Below are positions 13,115 through 24,169 of a DNA stretch of 64,000 nucleotides, in pieces. A program made the translations under genes and the position numbers. Source of the stretch: Camelus ferus (lineage: Eukaryota); the NCBI RefSeq assembly GCF_009834535.1, contig NC_045696.1, forward strand, positions 21,950,001 to 22,014,000, given 5' to 3'. The notes under the pieces were generated by a model. The model saw nothing but the letters and a program-made list of their open reading frames with translations. It was not told the DNA's origin and ran no database searches. Position 1 is the stretch's first letter; each line of letters begins with the position of its first letter.

Positions 13115-13729
13115 CAACGAGTAATCTGGCATTCTAGACCAACTTACTCCTGCAGTGAAGATGGAGTCATCTAGCAATCATCTCAGTGATTTGAATCATG
13201 AAAAGAATACAACCAACTTCTCCTGCTCTACACCTATTATTCTATCTTACAATTGTAATTTGCCTTTCCATATAGACTTTTCTCCAAGTAGCAATGAGTA
13301 ATTTATTCACTCAGAAGTTAAATTACTCACTATAATTTAATACTGTCATTTTGGTGAATGCATAAGACTATTTTGAATTTAGTTAACAAAGAAAATGGCC
13401 AGAAACTGATGAACTCTAAATACATTGCCACAATAAAGCTTCCCAGACCAATACAGATAAATACTACATAATGACCAAGGTTGATAAATGCATCAAAAAC
13501 TCAACAGTGCTGCATATTCATGTCCAAGCAACCACTCTAGATCCATATCTCCATTATTTCACATTGTTCTCAAGAGCATTTTTCTCTTAAAATATTTTAC
13601 ATGGAAGCTTCCTAATATCAAATGATATTAGTAATGTGATGTGATGCTCATTTTAAATCAAATGTTGAACTTATTGGTAGACTACTGGACATACGGAATA
13701 AAGGAAATACCACTCAGCTATGATTTACA

Positions 13730-13875
13730 CTGCCTGAACTGTAGTCCCAGGTTCATATTGACTGCATCATAATGGTGAGTTTTATAACTCCTCCAATTCT
13801 TCGAATTCCTCATCTGCAAAATAAAGATTTTAGAGCAAATAATCCCTAATATTCCTATCTTAGAATTCTATGACA
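13730..13875 (+). mobile_element. MIR/MIR3 fragment
   Basis: ttcctcatctgcaaaataaag...aattctatga. Confidence 0.55.
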
Positions 13876-14509
13876 CACACAAAAACATACAAGAAACAAA
13901 CAAACACACAAAGAGCACACGCTATTATCACCATAGTTCTGAGGCATGTGATACATCCCATGGGTCCCAAAGATGAGGCCATATCATCATATGGGGTGAA
14001 GAGCGTTTTCAGAGGAAGGTGGATAGAATAGAGCCATTTATTCAGAACCTGATTAATAAATGTGTATTTACGTGTGTACCATGCCCTGAAAACTCTTTTG
14101 GGGGAACAAAGTAAATATTTCTTCCTGAATAAAAACTAAAATCTTTAAGATAGAAAATATTCCCCTTTACTTTTCAGCAGGGATGTTTGTGGATTTTTTT
14201 TTTTAATTTTAGATATATACTTAAAACGTGTATACTTTCCCCCCAAAACTTCTAGGGCACTGTCTATTGCCTCCTGTGATAGGCTGTCCAACACTTCAGG
14301 CAATGAGAAGAAGCAACATTTTTTTACTTCTACTGTTTGTTTGTTTTTTTTTAAATATTCAGCTTCCTATGTTACATCACCCAAATCTGAACCACATAAG
14401 GTAGCTTTCTCTTATACAGTTATTGCTATATGTGGTGGATAGGTTTTATATTGCTTCCTTTGACATACAAAAACACGTGTAAGAATCATAAAATTTGCAA
14501 CTAGAATAG

Positions 14510-14655
14510 ACTTAACTGAGCCCTTCCTCTGATACCCATTTGTGAATCATTAACCAAGTCATTTAACTTCTGTGAGCCTTAGCTTACCCATTTTTAAAAG
14601 AAAAAAGACTGGACTAGATGACTCAGTTAAATAACTGAGTCTATTCTATAATTCT
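14510..14655 (+). mobile_element. MIR3 fragment
   Basis: caagtcatttaacttctgtgagccttagcttacccatttttaaaa...ggactagatga. Confidence 0.65.
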
Positions 14656-14949
14656 GCCTTTATAGTTTCTAATTTATAATTTTTATCATCTTGAATTTTT
14701 GATTAATGATTCACTCAAGTTATATTTAGATTTTTATGATTACAAAAATATATCTTCATGATTTGTACTTGGATCCTAAATAAAATATAACCCAAGTTTA
14801 TATAAATTCCAGTAAGTAATAAGCTGATGCTTTAACAAATAGAATTTCATTTCCAAAATAACAATTGATATTTTACTGAGTGTTTTACATTAAGATATTT
14901 ATAAATTTTTAATACTCAAAATATATTTTGACATGGACATAGTTATTTC

Positions 14950-15065
14950 CTTGTACAGATGAGAAAAGTGAGGCTTAAAGATGTTAAGTAATTTACCCAA
15001 ATCCCCAGAGCCAAGCAATGGTGGAGTCAGGATTCCAACACCATCCCTCTGTCTCCATAGGCTAT
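14950..15065 (-). mobile_element. MIR fragment
   Basis: tacagatgagaaaagtgaggcttaaagatgttaagtaatttacccaa...ggagtcaggattc. Confidence 0.8.
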
Positions 15066-18000
15066 TCTTGTAATTGAGTCTAGGTTATGCCTCCTGTGTC
15101 TGTGTATGACAGCCAACAACAAATGAATACAATGACTTTCTAATCACAGGTCAAACAAAATGAATGTAAGGATAAAGATTTTCAGTGTAAGGGAAAATTA
15201 TATAATTATTAAAGAGTGCAGTCAGCAGTTTTTCTTTAAATGAAAGTTGCGGGAGGAGGAAATAATCTCAGTTAAAGCAAGCTGAAGAGCATTTGAAACT
15301 CAAATCAAATGACAAGAGTGAATTGTAAAGCTTGGCTCTTTTTTATTTCCTGCTTTCAAATGGATCTAAAATATGTAACTAGGTTTAGGAGGCAATTTAC
15401 TACCAACATAGTTAAGAGAGGAGGAAAAGTGAGGAAATAAAGAGAAATCATTCATTAAATGTTCTCTAACTAAAGTATATCATGTCCTTTCTACACCACT
15501 TGTAACACCAAAAGAAAGCTGTATTTGAAATTAAAGGGTTCTTTGGCTAACATTCAAGATACATTAAAATAAAATGTCCTCAATTAATAAAATGGTATGA
15601 AATTTGATTGTTAATAACAGTCTTTTTATGTAAAAAAAAATAATATATTCTGTAGCTTAGGAGAAGTAGTGTGAAATATACCTGTAAACCACTAAGAAGC
15701 CTTTTGTTATAAAACTGAAATGCTGATGCAGCCCTGGTATCAGCAAACATATCATTTTATTGCAGATATTCAAGTCCCATAGCAATTCAACAGAAAATTA
15801 ATTAGTATTACCTCATCATAAATCTCAACAGTATTAGCTAAAATGCCAATTTTGTGGTCACTTTTCATTAAAGCCAAAAATACTAATTAAAATTGATTTT
15901 TGACTGTGCTTTGGTAAACGGCTGCCAGTTAATGGCTTTCAGTCGTAATGCAGACTTTACTTAAATTAATTTTGTATGTTGTCTCCTTCCTTTTTATAAA
16001 GACAATAAAGTGTGAAAGGATAAGAGATGAGGGTTCAGAAAAAGGCAGTTCACATGCAGGAAGAATAGTGAAACATAAAGAACTCTGGGGTTTTTGCTAA
16101 TGCTAGCATGACCATGCTCCTTTAAAAACTGTTTTTGAATATGCCATTTCATAAGCAAAAATAAATAAGGCTCCTTAACATATAAGGGATAAGAAGTCAT
16201 TCTTGTAAGCTGTTTGAATGATTAAATAACATACTTATTTTTAAACAATTTTCTGAGTAAAGTCATATCCTTATTTGTGTGATGTGATCGATTTGTAAAA
16301 GAAAATAAGACCATGAACTTGGCCCATGTTTGGAAGATAATTTGGAACCAAACAAGAATAATTTGTCTCAATATATGTTAAATGGAAGGTGATAACCTAC
16401 ATAAATGTCAAATCCCTTTCATTAGAGCTAAACAGAAAAATAATAAACCACAAATTTCTTAAAGGTTAATCCACAAAGTCTTTAATTGTTCTTTCAACTT
16501 TTTAATTAATGAAAAAAAAAACTGATATGTACCAACATTGAGTTTTGAGGGGGCATCGGGATGAGGATGAGGGGTTGGGATTTTCCAATAAGTAATGAGG
16601 TACAGTGAGTGACTTAGAGTCAAGTTCTCTGAGGAGCCAAAACACAGAACTGGAAGCTATGTGGGCAATATCAAGTTCAGAGTTCTAGAGTTCTATGGAT
16701 ATAGAATTAAAAAGTTGACTATTTCTAAATTTAGATCAAGCGTATAAGAAAAGGTATAAAGGAGATCCTAAATAAGAAGAGCAGGTTCAAGATTCTAAGG
16801 GCCAAGATTCTCTGAAACCCAGTAAGCACAGGCAAAAACCCATTTTAATGACTATTTTTGGCTTTAATGAAAAGTGATTATAAAATTAAGATTAAATATT
16901 AAAATCTTAGATTAAATTTGAAGATTCTTAAGGGCTCAGAATGGGCGGGGAGCAGAATCTATATACGGTGTTCGCATTCAGAGACCTGCATGGAACCTGT
17001 ATCATTTTCTATAGGACTCTGTGAACTTGGGGCCTTTGCTCCTCACCCGTACCCTCACCCCTAAGCATTACAACTATAGATTTACACTTTCTATTCTATT
17101 CTCATACAAAAGCAAAATACATTTCTTCTTAAGATGTTAGGAAGATATCAATCTTAATAAATAAATATACTCTAAGAATTAATAAATAATAGTTGTAAAT
17201 CTCTCAGGTTTATTTGCAAGGTGTTTACACAAAGGAATTATTTAGTATGCCCTTGATGTCAGTGCAGCATAAATCCCAACCATTATGAATTGTCCAAATC
17301 AGAATTATCACTATACCAAATAGCTGTCATCCCCAAATGGGATAAAATATGGCTGAAAATTTTAGTTTGGACCATGAATTCATAACAAGGACATCATTTT
17401 GGACACTGCCCACCATAGATTTGTATAGGTATTTCCTTATGATCTCTTTATCCAAGAATATTTTGCTCCCATATCTAGGATCATATTTTAGATTCTGATT
17501 TATAAGCATCACTAACAGACTATTCAAAAGTTCTACCTGTAAGATAACACGAACATGGGATGCATGATTGATGTTAGCCCCCATATCTAAAATTCTCCAA
17601 AACTTACATCATTAAGTTATTTTACATTCATTTTAAATGATAAACTAGCCAGGAAACATCCAGTGGCCATTAAATTGTTCTTTGCAACTCTACTCTGAAG
17701 TGTGTGTGTTCGGTGATTTTCCAAGCAGTCTCCCAACAGTGTTAAGTAACTTAGTGATTGTTGGCAGGTATTTCGCCCCTTACTTGAGGTAGTCATCAAA
17801 CATAAGAAGAGATTCTATTAAACTGGATTTGAGTAATGCAGCAAAGAAATACTCATCCTTGTCTCTGGAAATAGAGCAGATTGGCAAAACAACAAATCAG
17901 TGAAATATCATAGAAAATTTTCATCTCTATCATATAGAATTCAACCAAAACTACAATATCCAACTGGCTTCCTAAAATTGACTAAAGGAATGCCATAATG

Positions 18001-18099
18001 AATTTCTATCATGATTCCTACTTTCTTTGAATTTGTAATTTTTATTGATCATTCATATGCCTGAAGTTAAAATTTAAGATTTATTTTTGTTTAATTTAG

Positions 18100-18900
18100 A
18101 TGTGAGGTATATCTTCTGAACCTTTGGATAATTGAGAATGCATTTCTGTTGTTCAAAAACATTTAAGATAACTTGGCTAAATGCAAAATTTAGCATTTCA
18201 AGTTTTCCCCGTTAAACTTCTATCACTTTAATTCCACTTTATTGTAGCGTTTAATATTGAGGAGAAGTCTGAGGCTAGAATTTCTTTTTGTCCTTTTGAT
18301 GAAATAACCTAATAACTTTTCCCCAAAGAAGGAGGTGCTAGATGCTTTTCCAATTTTTATTTTCAAAGATTTTGTAAGGCTGCATCTGGATGTAGACTTG
18401 AGTCACTGATTTTACATAGATTGAAAATAAATTCTCAATTTGTACTAATTTTTTTCAATGTTAGTGTACTTTCCTCACTTAAGACTCTGGTTATTGCTGC
18501 TAAGTGTTGTAATGTTTATGTCAGATATCCTACAATTATCAAGCATTCCACATGTTATGTTCTTCCATATATCTTTATTTACACACATTTTTTTTTTATA
18601 CCTTTACTCTTATTCTCTCCAGTCTTGGAGAGCTTCTATAAATGATGCACTCCATCACTGATTTAATTCTTCCATGGTATCAATTGTACTCTTCACTATA
18701 CCCTTAAAATCTTCATTGCCCCTTGCAGCATCATTTTACCTTTCCACTTCAACCCCTATTCTCCTAATGACTTTCCATTTCTGTTTAACAGAGGCTAGAA
18801 CATCTTTGTGCTTCAAAAGATGATACTTTTCTAATATTTCTTTCTGACTACCATTATGGATCATTTCAAAAGAATGTTCTTCATCTACCATTTCAAGATA
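18100..18900 (-). mobile_element. Highly decayed ancient L1M/HAL1 ORF1-region fragment
   Basis: ttggctaaatgcaaaattt..., gagaagtctgaggctag and the T-rich composition typical of antisense ORF1. Boundaries are vague. Confidence 0.45.
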
Positions 18901-19109
18901 TGCTTCCTGTCTTTATTTTAAAATACATTTGAGAGTTCCCCATTTGTAACATCTACTCCTGCTAATAAAGTGAAATTTTATTACTAAAACTTTCTAAAAA
19001 TGAAAGTACACAGGTTTTACTTGGCCATATTCCCTATTTACTTGAGTGTCAGTTAAATCTCCCTCCAAGACACTGAATAGTTTGATAGATACAATTCCTA
19101 AGTATCAGC

Positions 19110-19139
19110 ATTTAGCTGGTTTTAATTTAGCTGGTTTTA
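19110..19139. repeat. Perfect 15-bp tandem duplication
   Basis: atttagctggtttta x2. Confidence 0.95.
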
Positions 19140-19627
19140 ATTCAATACTGGGGTAAAAACAAAGTGCTTTATTATTCCCACCCTCTAATATTCTGAACAG
19201 ATGCTAAATATGAAAAGCTACAGTCTCTAGAAAGCAATTTTACCACGTTCTTGTGTCTTTGTTGAAAGCACTAACCTTCTAGAATATCAATCATCCCAAA
19301 ATTTCTTGTTCTCTGGTTTTCAGAAATTTGTGGTCTTCGCATAGATAAAATACTATTGATAATGGTTGGATATGGGAAAACAATATTGCTCAAGGTGCCA
19401 CAAATAGTAATATTTACAACAGAAAGAATCCTACCCAGGATCTTGGCTAATATTAAAGTTCTAATAATTTTAGGAGAACTTTGTTGAAGTTACTTTTTCC
19501 CTTGCCAAATCAAATAATAGTTTATTTTCATAAAGAAGGGACATACTTATAATCTCAAGTAACAGACATCAATTAGAAAAGTTTTCCAACACTACTTTAA
19601 ATGTTTACTCAAGATAACACATAACAA

Positions 19628-20750
19628 GACTTCTGTTTCCAATCAAGGTGGAAAGAAGGATTATGTTTCTTGATAAAGGATATACAAGCTAAGCCCTATA
19701 ATTGCTCCAACTTTCTGGCTGGACAGAGATTTCAGACCACAGTGCAGGGAGGGGGAACGCAAGCAGAGCCTAGAGGTCTCCCTGAGATGAGCAGTGTTGA
19801 GTCCAAGGAGGCCAAAAATGTCTAGACTTTAGAGGGCAGAGTACCAGAGAGTAGAAACTTTCACAGAGAAAGTGCTTCTGAAATTGGCAGAGGATCCCTC
19901 TCGAGTCTTCGGATGCACGTGTGAGGAAACTACCCGAAGCCAGGAAAAAAACACCCAAGAGGACTAGCAGTAATATTCTTCACAGCTCATGCAGGGCCAC
20001 GAATAGTGTGTGCTCACAGCACCCAGACTAGAAAAATTTCAGAATTCACAGGCCATCAGAGTACTCAGAAGAGTATCACCTCAGTAATGGGGCAAAATTA
20101 ATCTAGGACTATAGGCTGCTCCGATCCCACCTAAAAGAAGCTTAAAAGCAAGCCTCTAAAAGATTAGTTTCCACATAACCTAAATGCACCCTAGAAAAAA
20201 GCTCAAGAATAGTTACAGGAATAAAAAATAAGCAGCACCTAGTAAGTAACAGTATATAATGTCTGGCAACCAATCAATAATTATCAAACATGCAAAGGAG
20301 AAAATTGTGACCCAAAATGAGGAGAAAGAGATCAATCAATAAAAGCTGATCAGAAATATCAGATGATAAAATTAGTAAAGACATTAAAATACACACATAA
20401 CTATACTTCATATATTCAAGAAGGTAGAGGTAAGATTACTTTAGGTAAACATTAATGATTTTTAAAAACCCTAACTGAATTTCTGAAATAAAAAATTCAA
20501 TGTCTGAGACAAAAGTAAATTGAATTAAATTAATGGCAAATTAGATATTGAAGGAGAAAAGATTGGTGAACTTGAAGATATACTAGAAAGTATCCAAAGG
20601 GAAACACAAAACAAATAAAAAAGACTGGAAAAAAAGAATTAATATAGCATTAGTAAACTCTGGGACATCTTCAATCAGACTAGAAATATCAAGGAAACTA
20701 CACCAAAGTAGATCATAATCAAACTGTTTAAAAATCAGTTAAAAACAGGA
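19628..20750 (+). mobile_element. Ancient L1M (L1MC/L1MD-class) 5'UTR and decayed ORF1
   Basis: gacttctgtttcc start, agagggcagagtaccagag, tgtgaggaaactacccgaagccagg, then A-rich ORF1-like ggcaaattagatattgaaggagaaaagattggtgaacttgaaga. Confidence 0.7.
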
Positions 20751-21184
20751 AATCCATGATGGTTATTTTAGATGTCAAAAATTACTGTGCCACAGGGTGC
20801 CCAAATTAAACATTATTTCTGGATCCATTTTCTGATGCCTTTCAAGTGTATTAGAGTTCATCACTTGCACTACCCAGGATTCGTTCACAAACTTCTTTTC
20901 ATATTTTCCACTCCAAAACAAAAATTTTAATGACACAATCCAGCTTCTCCTGGTACAGAAGGGCTCCCCTCTTCCCAAAGCCTCATGAGTTACTTCATCT
21001 AGATTATATTCTCCCTACAGTGTTTCACTATTTTCTCTGTATATTCTACAACCAGTGAACTAAATTTTACCACAATCAACTTCCTATAAATTAGAATAGG
21101 AAAAGAAAATGATAAAAAAAAAATTGAAAACTAGTTCAACTGACTAAAAATCTTCAAAACACAGTAAAGGAAAAAAATAAAGGC

Positions 21185-21320
21185 ATAGGCTACAGTCTTC
21201 GATTCTGCAACTGGTGATGTGATTGTAATCGGTATTTATGATTTTCCTCCTCTGCTATGCACTCTACACTCTCTTTGCTTTAAAGCAGTGCCTCTGCTAA
21301 TCAAGATTCTTTAGTGAGCT
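21185..21320 (-). mobile_element. ERVL/MaLR internal 3' fragment
   Basis: agtcttcgattctgcaactggtgatgtg..ggtatttatgattttcctcc..ctctttgc resembles antisense ERVL/MLT internal 3' sequence. Confidence 0.5.
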
Positions 21321-21364
21321 TTCTCAAACTTCTGTTCTTAAAATAAAGGAATGAGAACTTTTAT

Positions 21365-21538
21365 TGATTATCTTTGCTGTGGTGACAATTCCCAAATCCC
21401 AGAACCTTGCAATTACAAAGGTGCATTTCTCCATCAAGTTACATGCAACTTGCAAGTCAACTGTAGGTTGGCTCCAGGCTGAACATCTGCTCCAAATCTC
21501 TTCTTACTCTTGGACCCAGGCTGAAGGAACAATCCTGT
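21365..21538 (-). mobile_element. Old MaLR LTR fragment (MLT1J/K-like)
   Basis: gctgtggtgacaattcccaaatcccag..acaaaggtgcatttctc..ttggacccaggctgaaggaaca. Confidence 0.55.
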
Positions 21539-21641
21539 CCTGATCCATTCACTCTTCTCTCCCTTCTATACACCAACACATCCCTTCCCAGTCTTCAAAT
21601 ACGCTTTCACTCTCATCTCTCAAATGAAACCATTTATTAAG

Positions 21642-22038
21642 CAGGGACACGGCTAGGGTGAAGCTAAGTGAGATTCTTGTGTTGGGTACAAAATTTAAGA
21701 GGGACCAAATCTCATTTATCAAGATAAATAATTTTCAAGGAATATTTTAAAAATCAAAATTAATGCAAAAGCTAACAATGAAATTATGAAATGTTTAAAT
21801 AGAGACAGGCTCAATATCATAGTTGTTTCTTTTTTTCTCAGCTTCCAATATGGCTCAGCTTGGTACTGTTACCAATTCTGTCATTATTTAAACTTTGAAT
21901 ATTGTACTTATTGTAGATTTTACATTAATTTTTATTTTTTAAAACATCATATTAAGATATCATTTAATTGCACTAAAATACTGAGATTTTTGCACCCAAG
22001 GCAAGTACCTCACTTGCCTTACCCTAGTCCTGGCCCTG
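21642..22038 (+). mobile_element. hAT-Tip100 MITE (MER96B-like) with perfect 8-bp TSD
   Basis: Inverted ends CAGGG..CTAGGGT / ACCCTAG..CCCTG and internal tcaagataaataat..aaaaatcaaaattaatgcaaaa. TSD TTATTAAG at 21634-21641 and 22039-22046. Confidence 0.92.
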
Positions 22039-22385
22039 TTATTAAGATCACCAGTGATATTGATATTTCTGAAACCTATGACTCAATTCTCAGGTCTCAT
22101 CTTACTTGACCTGTGAGTTGCGTTTGACATGGCTGATCACTGTCTTCTTTAAATAAATCCTGCGTGTAGCTTCCAGGACACAACTCTCTCAGCTCTCCTC
22201 CTGGCTCACTGAGCACAACTTCTTTGTCCCTTTGCTAATTCCTCCACTTTCTCTTAACACTGGAGGGCCAGGGTTCTGTTCTTAGGCCTCTTCTCTCCAT
22301 TTTCTCTACTCACTCCCCAGGGTATCTCATCAAGTTCCAATAGCTTTAAAAAATGCCTTTGATGTAAAAATTCAAATTCATATAT

Positions 22386-22751
22386 TATCTTGGTCCATTC
22401 CACCTGCTATAACAGAATTCTATAGATCGGGTGGCTTATAAACAACAGAATTTTACTTCTCACAGTTCTGGAAGCTGGGAAATCTGAGATCAGGATATCA
22501 GCCTCGTGGAGTTCTGGGGAAGGCACTCAGTCAGGTTGCAGACTGGTGACTTCTCACTGTGTCATCACATGGTGGAAGGAGCTAGAAAGCCCTCTGAGGT
22601 CCCTTTTATAAAAGCACTAATCCCAATCATGAGAGCTCTACCCTCACAACATAAACACCTCCCAGAGGTCCTGCCTCCTAATACTATCACATTGGAGGTT
22701 ATGGATTTAACATATGAATTGGGGGAGGACACACACACTCAGACCATAGCA
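22386..22751 (-). mobile_element. MaLR solo LTR (MLT1A0-like)
   Basis: ctgctataacagaa..ggtggcttataaacaacagaa..ttctcacagttctggaagctgggaa..acatatgaatt..cagaccatagca. Confidence 0.9.
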
Positions 22752-22786
22752 CCCTGAAGTCCAAACCAGCACATCTAACTGCCTCT

Positions 22787-23390
22787 TGTTCACCATCTTG
22801 TACCCCTGCTTGTTTGCTCTCAGATTCACTCCCTGCCATCTCTTGTTTCCCTCCATTCTGGCTTCCAGAGCATTTCAGCCAGTAGATGGCACTGGCAGAA
22901 GCCTACAGGGCAGGAAGGAAATAAAAGTCACATTATTTCTACTCTTCATTCTGTTTCCTGTGGAATCTCAAGCAATGAGTGCTATCCTCCGTTGCCTCTG
23001 CTCCAGCTGGACTGCCCTTGCATCCAATGAGAAACTCTCATCTTGGCTCTGTATCCATGATGGCTCCAATTTTTCCCAGTTTTACTGAGAAATATTTGAC
23101 ATATATCACTGTATAGGTTTAAGGTATACAGAGTGATGGTCTGATTTATATATAATGTAAAATGATTACCACAATAGATTGAGCTAACTTCCTTCTTCTC
23201 ATTTAAATTCAATAGACAAAAAGAGGGGAAAAAAGGAAAAAAATCGTCTTGTGATAGGAACTCAAAGGATTTACTCTCTTAACAACTTTCCTATATATCA
23301 TATTTTTTGACTCTGGAAATGCTGCTTCTTTTAGTGGTTCCTCCAGCCCAAAAAGTGGTAGCCATTTCCTTCTGTGGCTAACCTCAGGTC
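22787..23390 (-). mobile_element. ERVL LTR (LTR33-like), interrupted by an L1 3' end
   Basis: ttctggcttcc..ttcagcca..ggcactggcagaag..agggcaggaagga. Resumes after 23303 with cctccagccc..gtggtagccatttccttctgtggctaacctcagg. Confidence 0.6.
23070..23303 (-). mobile_element. L1 3' tip (L1MA9-like)
   Basis: ttttcccagttttactgagaaatatttgacata..tttaaggtatacag..aaatgattaccacaata..tactctcttaacaacttt. Confidence 0.8.
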
Positions 23391-24169
23391 AAAACCCTTG
23401 ATTCTTCTCTTTCTCTTAACACCACAAATTCAAGCCATGAACAAAATTATCCGTCTTTCCTCTAAAAATATATCCAGAGTGTGATTACTTCTCACTATCT
23501 CCCACTCCTAACCAACCTGCTCTAAGACACAATCACTTCTCATCTTAATCATTGCAATTTTAGTCTCTTAACTGCATCCTCTTTTCCATCTGGTATATTC
23601 ATTATACGTCAATCACAATGATCCCTTTAAAATATAATTCAGATTATACCACACTTCTGCATAAAATTATCTATTTCCCAACCCAGTCAAAGAGGGCCTG
23701 AAATGTTCATTATGATCTGCTGTCTCTATCCCACCTCCTTCACTGTATATCAGCTACTCTGACCACCTTGGAAATGCAGGTCACTGCTTTTACAGTCTTT
23801 GCCTTTCTTCTTCCTTATACTTGGAACTTGTTTCTCCCAGATATTTTCATAATGTACTTCCTCCCTTCCATCAGGCCCCTGTTGGTATAGTTCAACCTAA
23901 TGTCCAATACTAAGTTACACTGCCCCATCCTCTGACCTCCCCTATTTCCCTTGACTCTGTTTTATTTTTCTGTATAGCATTCACCAGAATTTGATGTGTG
24001 ATGTATTTACATGCTCATTTGTTTATTGTCAGTCTCTCCCCTCTCTGATGTTAGCTTAAGAGGACAGGAACTTGTTCTTTTGTTCACGGCTACATTTTCA
24101 GCACCTAGAGAGATGACTAACACAAAACAGGCACTGAATAGCCACTTTTGAACGAATGAATGAAAACCC

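Larger units (their letters stand above)
21540..24163 (+). mobile_element. L2 LINE split by four later insertions
   Basis: L2 segments at 21540-21641, 22047-22385, 22752-22786 and 23390-24163. Ends with the L2 terminus gaggacaggaacttg..ttgttcacggctac..cagcacctag..tgaacgaatgaatgaa. Confidence 0.78.

Noticed and set aside
17327..17584. 85-aa minus-strand ORF containing an acceptor-like gttatcttacag|G
   Set aside because: No recognisable homology and no convincing downstream donor; compatible with chance.
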